The notes below the pieces were generated by a model that made no database searches, was not told where the DNA came from, and saw only the letters and a program-made list of their open reading frames with translations. The translations under genes and the position numbers were made by a program. From Octopus vulgaris (taxonomy: Eukaryota): DNA of 64,000 bases. Where the stretch lies: contig OX597822.1 in NCBI GenBank assembly GCA_951406725.2, forward strand, positions 74,772,001 through 74,836,000, read 5' to 3'. Below are positions 61,801 through 64,000 of the stretch, one piece after another (the first letter of the stretch is position 1; each line of letters begins with the position of its first letter).

Positions 61801-63496
61801 TCCGACCACAAGAACTAAACCTTCCTCAGAATTGTGACTTCTGTGATAAACTGCAAAAGAAATGAAACAATCAAAAAGTGGTACATTGCGAAATTTAGTT
61901 GAAATGTTAGGAAAAAATTTTTAAGGTGAGGAAAATTATTTTCATTAAAAAGCACCTGTGCTGGTGTCATGTATGAAACACTGAGTCCACTTTGTAAAGT
62001 GGTTGGCATTAGGAAGGGCATCCAACTATAGAAGCTAAGCCAAAACAGAATTGGAACTTGGGGTAATTCTCTGGCTTGCTAGCTCCTGTCAAACTGTCCA
62101 ACCCATACCAGCATGGCAAAACAGATGTTAACTGATATGTATATATCAATATTTAAAAGAGTTCTATATTTAAGAGATGAGGAATTATGTACATTATTCA
62201 CATTTGATGAATATTTGTCCTCATCTTGTTTGTTGTTGACATGTTTCGGCTGATATATCCTCCAGCCTTCATCAGGTGTCTTGGGGAAATTTTGAACCTG
62301 GGTTCTCATTCCTAAGGTATTTTTCGATATTATTATTATTATTCAGATCACTGCCTGGAATCGAACTCGGAATCTTGGGGTTAGTAGCCTGTGCTCTTAA
62401 CCACTATGCCATATGCTACTAACACCAAGATTCCAAGTCCGATTCCAGGCAGTGACATGAATAATAATAATAATAACATTGAAAAATACCTTAGGAATGA
62501 GAACCCAGGTTTGAAATTTCCCCAAGAAACCTGATGAAGGCTGGAGGGTATATCAGCCAAAACGTGTTAACAAACAAGATGAGGATAAATATCCGTCAAA
62601 TGTAAATAATGTCAATATTTAATGTCCACTTTCTCCAACTAAGGCAATATTTCCTTATGGTCAGACATGTGTTCACGGAAAACTGGAAACAAAACAACGT
62701 TGTTTATATGATAGTAACTCAAGAATGGACATCAGACAATCTTTACAACCATGTAGCATCTAACTTGAGGCCACCAAACTTGCTAGATCTAAATCCCACG
62801 GACAGCTACATTTGGAGCACTGTTGAAAGGGAGACTAATCAACATCCTCACAATACAAGTAGCATCACTGACAGCTACCTTTGTCCAGGTGATGTCTGAG
62901 ATGGATAAGGACTATAGTGCAGGCGTGTCAAATATTTTGGTCTTGCACTGGACATGAAGGCAGATTCATAGAATAACCTTATAAGTACCAGGGAGTTTAT
63001 TTATTTGACTGAACACTCCAAGGCAGTGTTCCAGCATGGCCAACGTCCAATGACTGAAACAAGCAAAAGTAAACGACAGAGACAGACTGAGATACCCCTA
63101 AAAAATGACGGTGTAATAAGGGTGGAATGCATTAGATCACATAAGCATGGCTGTGTGGCTAGGACGCTTACTTCTCAACCACATTTCCAGGTTCAGTCCT
63201 ACTGCATGGCACCTTGGGCAAGTTCCTTCTGTTATAGCCTTGAGTTGACTGAAGCCTTGTGATTGAATTTGGTAGGCAGATGTCCCCATCATGCGTGTAC
63301 ATGTGTAAGTGGTTGTGTCTCCTAACAGAGAGGGGGAGAACTACAGTTTCCGTGGGCAAAACAAAACAACTGCTGAAAGTATTAGTAAACTGGCATTAGA
63401 CTGGTAACGAGAGCAATATAAAAGTTTACCTTTGGATCGTTTTGTAGTTGGTGGTGTTATTTCTTTCTTAGACTTCCGTTTGCTTCTTGATTTCAT
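46744..63496 (-). CDS. RCC1: Regulator of chromosome condensation 1 (Ran GEF, 7-blade RCC1 propeller), 10 coding exons, ~414 aa
   Basis: The joined exons (1245 nt) give [96 protein letters not shown], colinear with human RCC1 as I recall it. The start codon is less certain. Confidence 0.96.
47091..47458 (+). mobile_element. SINE family 1 copy in RCC1 last intron
   Basis: Colinear with 14567-14990. Confidence 0.85.
48096..48339. mobile_element. Truncated palindromic hammerhead-SINE insertion
   Basis: Inverted arms; direct repeat tacttgttagaat at 48083-48095 and 48337-48349. Confidence 0.85.
48245..48290 (+). ncRNA. Minimal type-I hammerhead motif in tRNA-SINE
   Basis: gacac-CUGAUGA-a-ggcug gaggguauau cagcc-GAAAC-GUU-guguu. 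Confidence 0.72.
49089..49194 (-). CDS. RCC1: RCC1 exon ([34 protein letters not shown])
   Basis: cag/gtcagt, 106 nt. Confidence 0.95.
51024..51179 (-). CDS. RCC1: RCC1 exon ([17 protein letters not shown]...SYGITSD)
   Basis: cag/gtatgt, 156 nt. Confidence 0.95.
51876..51989 (-). CDS. RCC1: RCC1 exon ([11 protein letters not shown]...[13 protein letters not shown])
   Basis: tag/gtaagt, 114 nt. Confidence 0.95.
54601..54756 (-). CDS. RCC1: RCC1 exon ([10 protein letters not shown]...[12 protein letters not shown])
   Basis: tag/gtaagt, 156 nt. Confidence 0.95.
54847..55333. mobile_element. Head-to-head palindromic dimer of tRNA-headed hammerhead SINE
   Basis: ~230-bp inverted arms centred near 55100; tRNA-like heads meet in the middle. 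Confidence 0.88.
54915..54960 (-). ncRNA. Minimal type-I hammerhead motif in tRNA-SINE (left arm)
   Basis: Same fold as 48245-48290; partner copy at 55241-55286(+) with CpG decay. Confidence 0.72.
55910..56120 (+). mobile_element. RTE LINE ORF2 C-terminal remnant with (GAT)n tail
   Basis: ...[24 protein letters not shown]..., followed by tgatgatg. Confidence 0.55.
56301..56372 (-). CDS. RCC1: RCC1 exon ([23 protein letters not shown])
   Basis: cag/gtaacg, 72 nt. Confidence 0.95.
   Translation of the reverse strand, partial: AVENRDNLAELPNNFPVVVEEKA
57940..58084 (-). CDS. RCC1: RCC1 exon (DGNGSLGL...[21 protein letters not shown])
   Basis: tag/gtaaga, 145 nt. Confidence 0.95.
59781..59960 (-). 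CDS. RCC1: RCC1 exon ([16 protein letters not shown]...VFVWGNFR)
   Basis: cag/gtgagt, 180 nt. Confidence 0.96.
60365..60809. mobile_element. piggyBac-type MITE family 1 with a second copy (60420-60639) inserted inside itself
   Basis: TTAA at 60361-64, 60416-19, 60640-43 and 60810-13; outer copy resumes exactly after the inner one. Confidence 0.88.
61193..61492. mobile_element. MITE with long TIRs and 8-bp TSD (hAT/P-like), inserted in a SINE
   Basis: agggctaatgcagttttgcacctctcct / aggagaggtgtgaaactgcattagccct; TSD ggtttRtt. Confidence 0.8.
61663..61850 (-). CDS. RCC1: RCC1 exon ([26 protein letters not shown]...TVSGK)
   Basis: cag/gtgatg, 188 nt. Confidence 0.95.
62157..62611. mobile_element. 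Head-to-head palindromic dimer of tRNA-headed hammerhead SINE
   Basis: Inverted arms; TSD tcaatatttaa at 62146-62156 and 62612-62622. Confidence 0.88.
62740..62985 (+). mobile_element. Tc1/mariner-superfamily transposase C-terminal relic
   Basis: [30 protein letters not shown] resembles WPPNSPDLNPLDY.VW. Confidence 0.65.
63430..63496 (-). CDS. RCC1: RCC1 first coding exon seen ([22 protein letters not shown], basic NLS tail); exon begins at acceptor 63499
   Basis: ttttcag|GTG ATG..., donor G|gtaaac, phase 1 fits the next exon. Confidence 0.78.
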
Positions 63497-64000
63497 CACC
63501 TGAAAAACATCAAACTCAAATCAGAAAATGGTTTCAGAATCTTATTTCCCTATCACATAGCTCTGGGTTCAGTCCCACTGTGTGGAATCTTGGGCAAGTG
63601 TCTTCTACTAGAGATGCAGGCTGACCAAAACCATGTGTGTGGGTTTGCTAGAAGGAAACTGAAAGAAGCCTGCCATATGTACTTGTATACATGTGTCTGT
63701 GTTTGTCCATCACAACTGCTCAACAGTTGGTGTAGGCATGTTTATGTCCCCATAACTTAGCAGTTTAGCAAAGGATACTGATGGACTAAGTACCAGGATA
63801 AAAAAAAAGACTGTGGTCAATTTATTTAGCTAAAAATTCTTCAGCCTGTTGCCCCAGCATGGCTGCAATCAAATGACTGAAACAAAGAATGATAATACAT
63901 ATATATAGGCGCAGACGTGGCTGTGTGGTAAGTAGTTTGCTTACCAGCCACATGGTTCCGGGTTCAGTCCCACTGCGTGGCACCTTGGGCAAATGTCTTT

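Noticed and set aside
46744-63499. U17/SNORA73-type snoRNA in RCC1 introns (by analogy with the vertebrate locus)
   Set aside because: I could not find the AUAUUCCUA and AAACCAU motifs in an H/ACA fold by eye; an Infernal scan would be needed

Overview
Eukaryotic, AT-rich, microsatellite- and SINE-dense genomic DNA. The repeat content looks like an octopus/coleoid cephalopod (inference). Almost all ORFs in the supplied track are microsatellite or repeat artefacts. Two spliced genes lie on the minus strand and were reconstructed by hand from GT-AG junctions. (1) RCC1: 10 coding exons, 63496->46744, about 414 aa if the ATG at 63496 is the start. (2) A multi-SRCR gene (group A, 6-Cys): a signal-peptide exon at 36086-36008, then 8.5 tandem SRCR domains, each split into a ~145-nt and a ~164-nt exon; the gene runs off the left edge. 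Mobile DNA includes several tRNA-derived SINE families, relics of RTE, R4/Dong, CR1/L2-like and Penelope elements, a mariner interrupted by an ORF1-only (HAL1-like) retroelement, piggyBac/hAT/mariner MITEs and Helitrons. The most notable hidden signal is a set of short non-coding repeats from several unrelated families that carry minimal type-I hammerhead ribozyme motifs. One family is a tRNA-headed SINE plus hammerhead that inserts as a head-to-head palindromic dimer with a Penelope-type 3' tail and target-site duplications (3 loci in or next to RCC1 exons, all intronic). All RNA folds were done by eye and no ribozyme activity has been shown.
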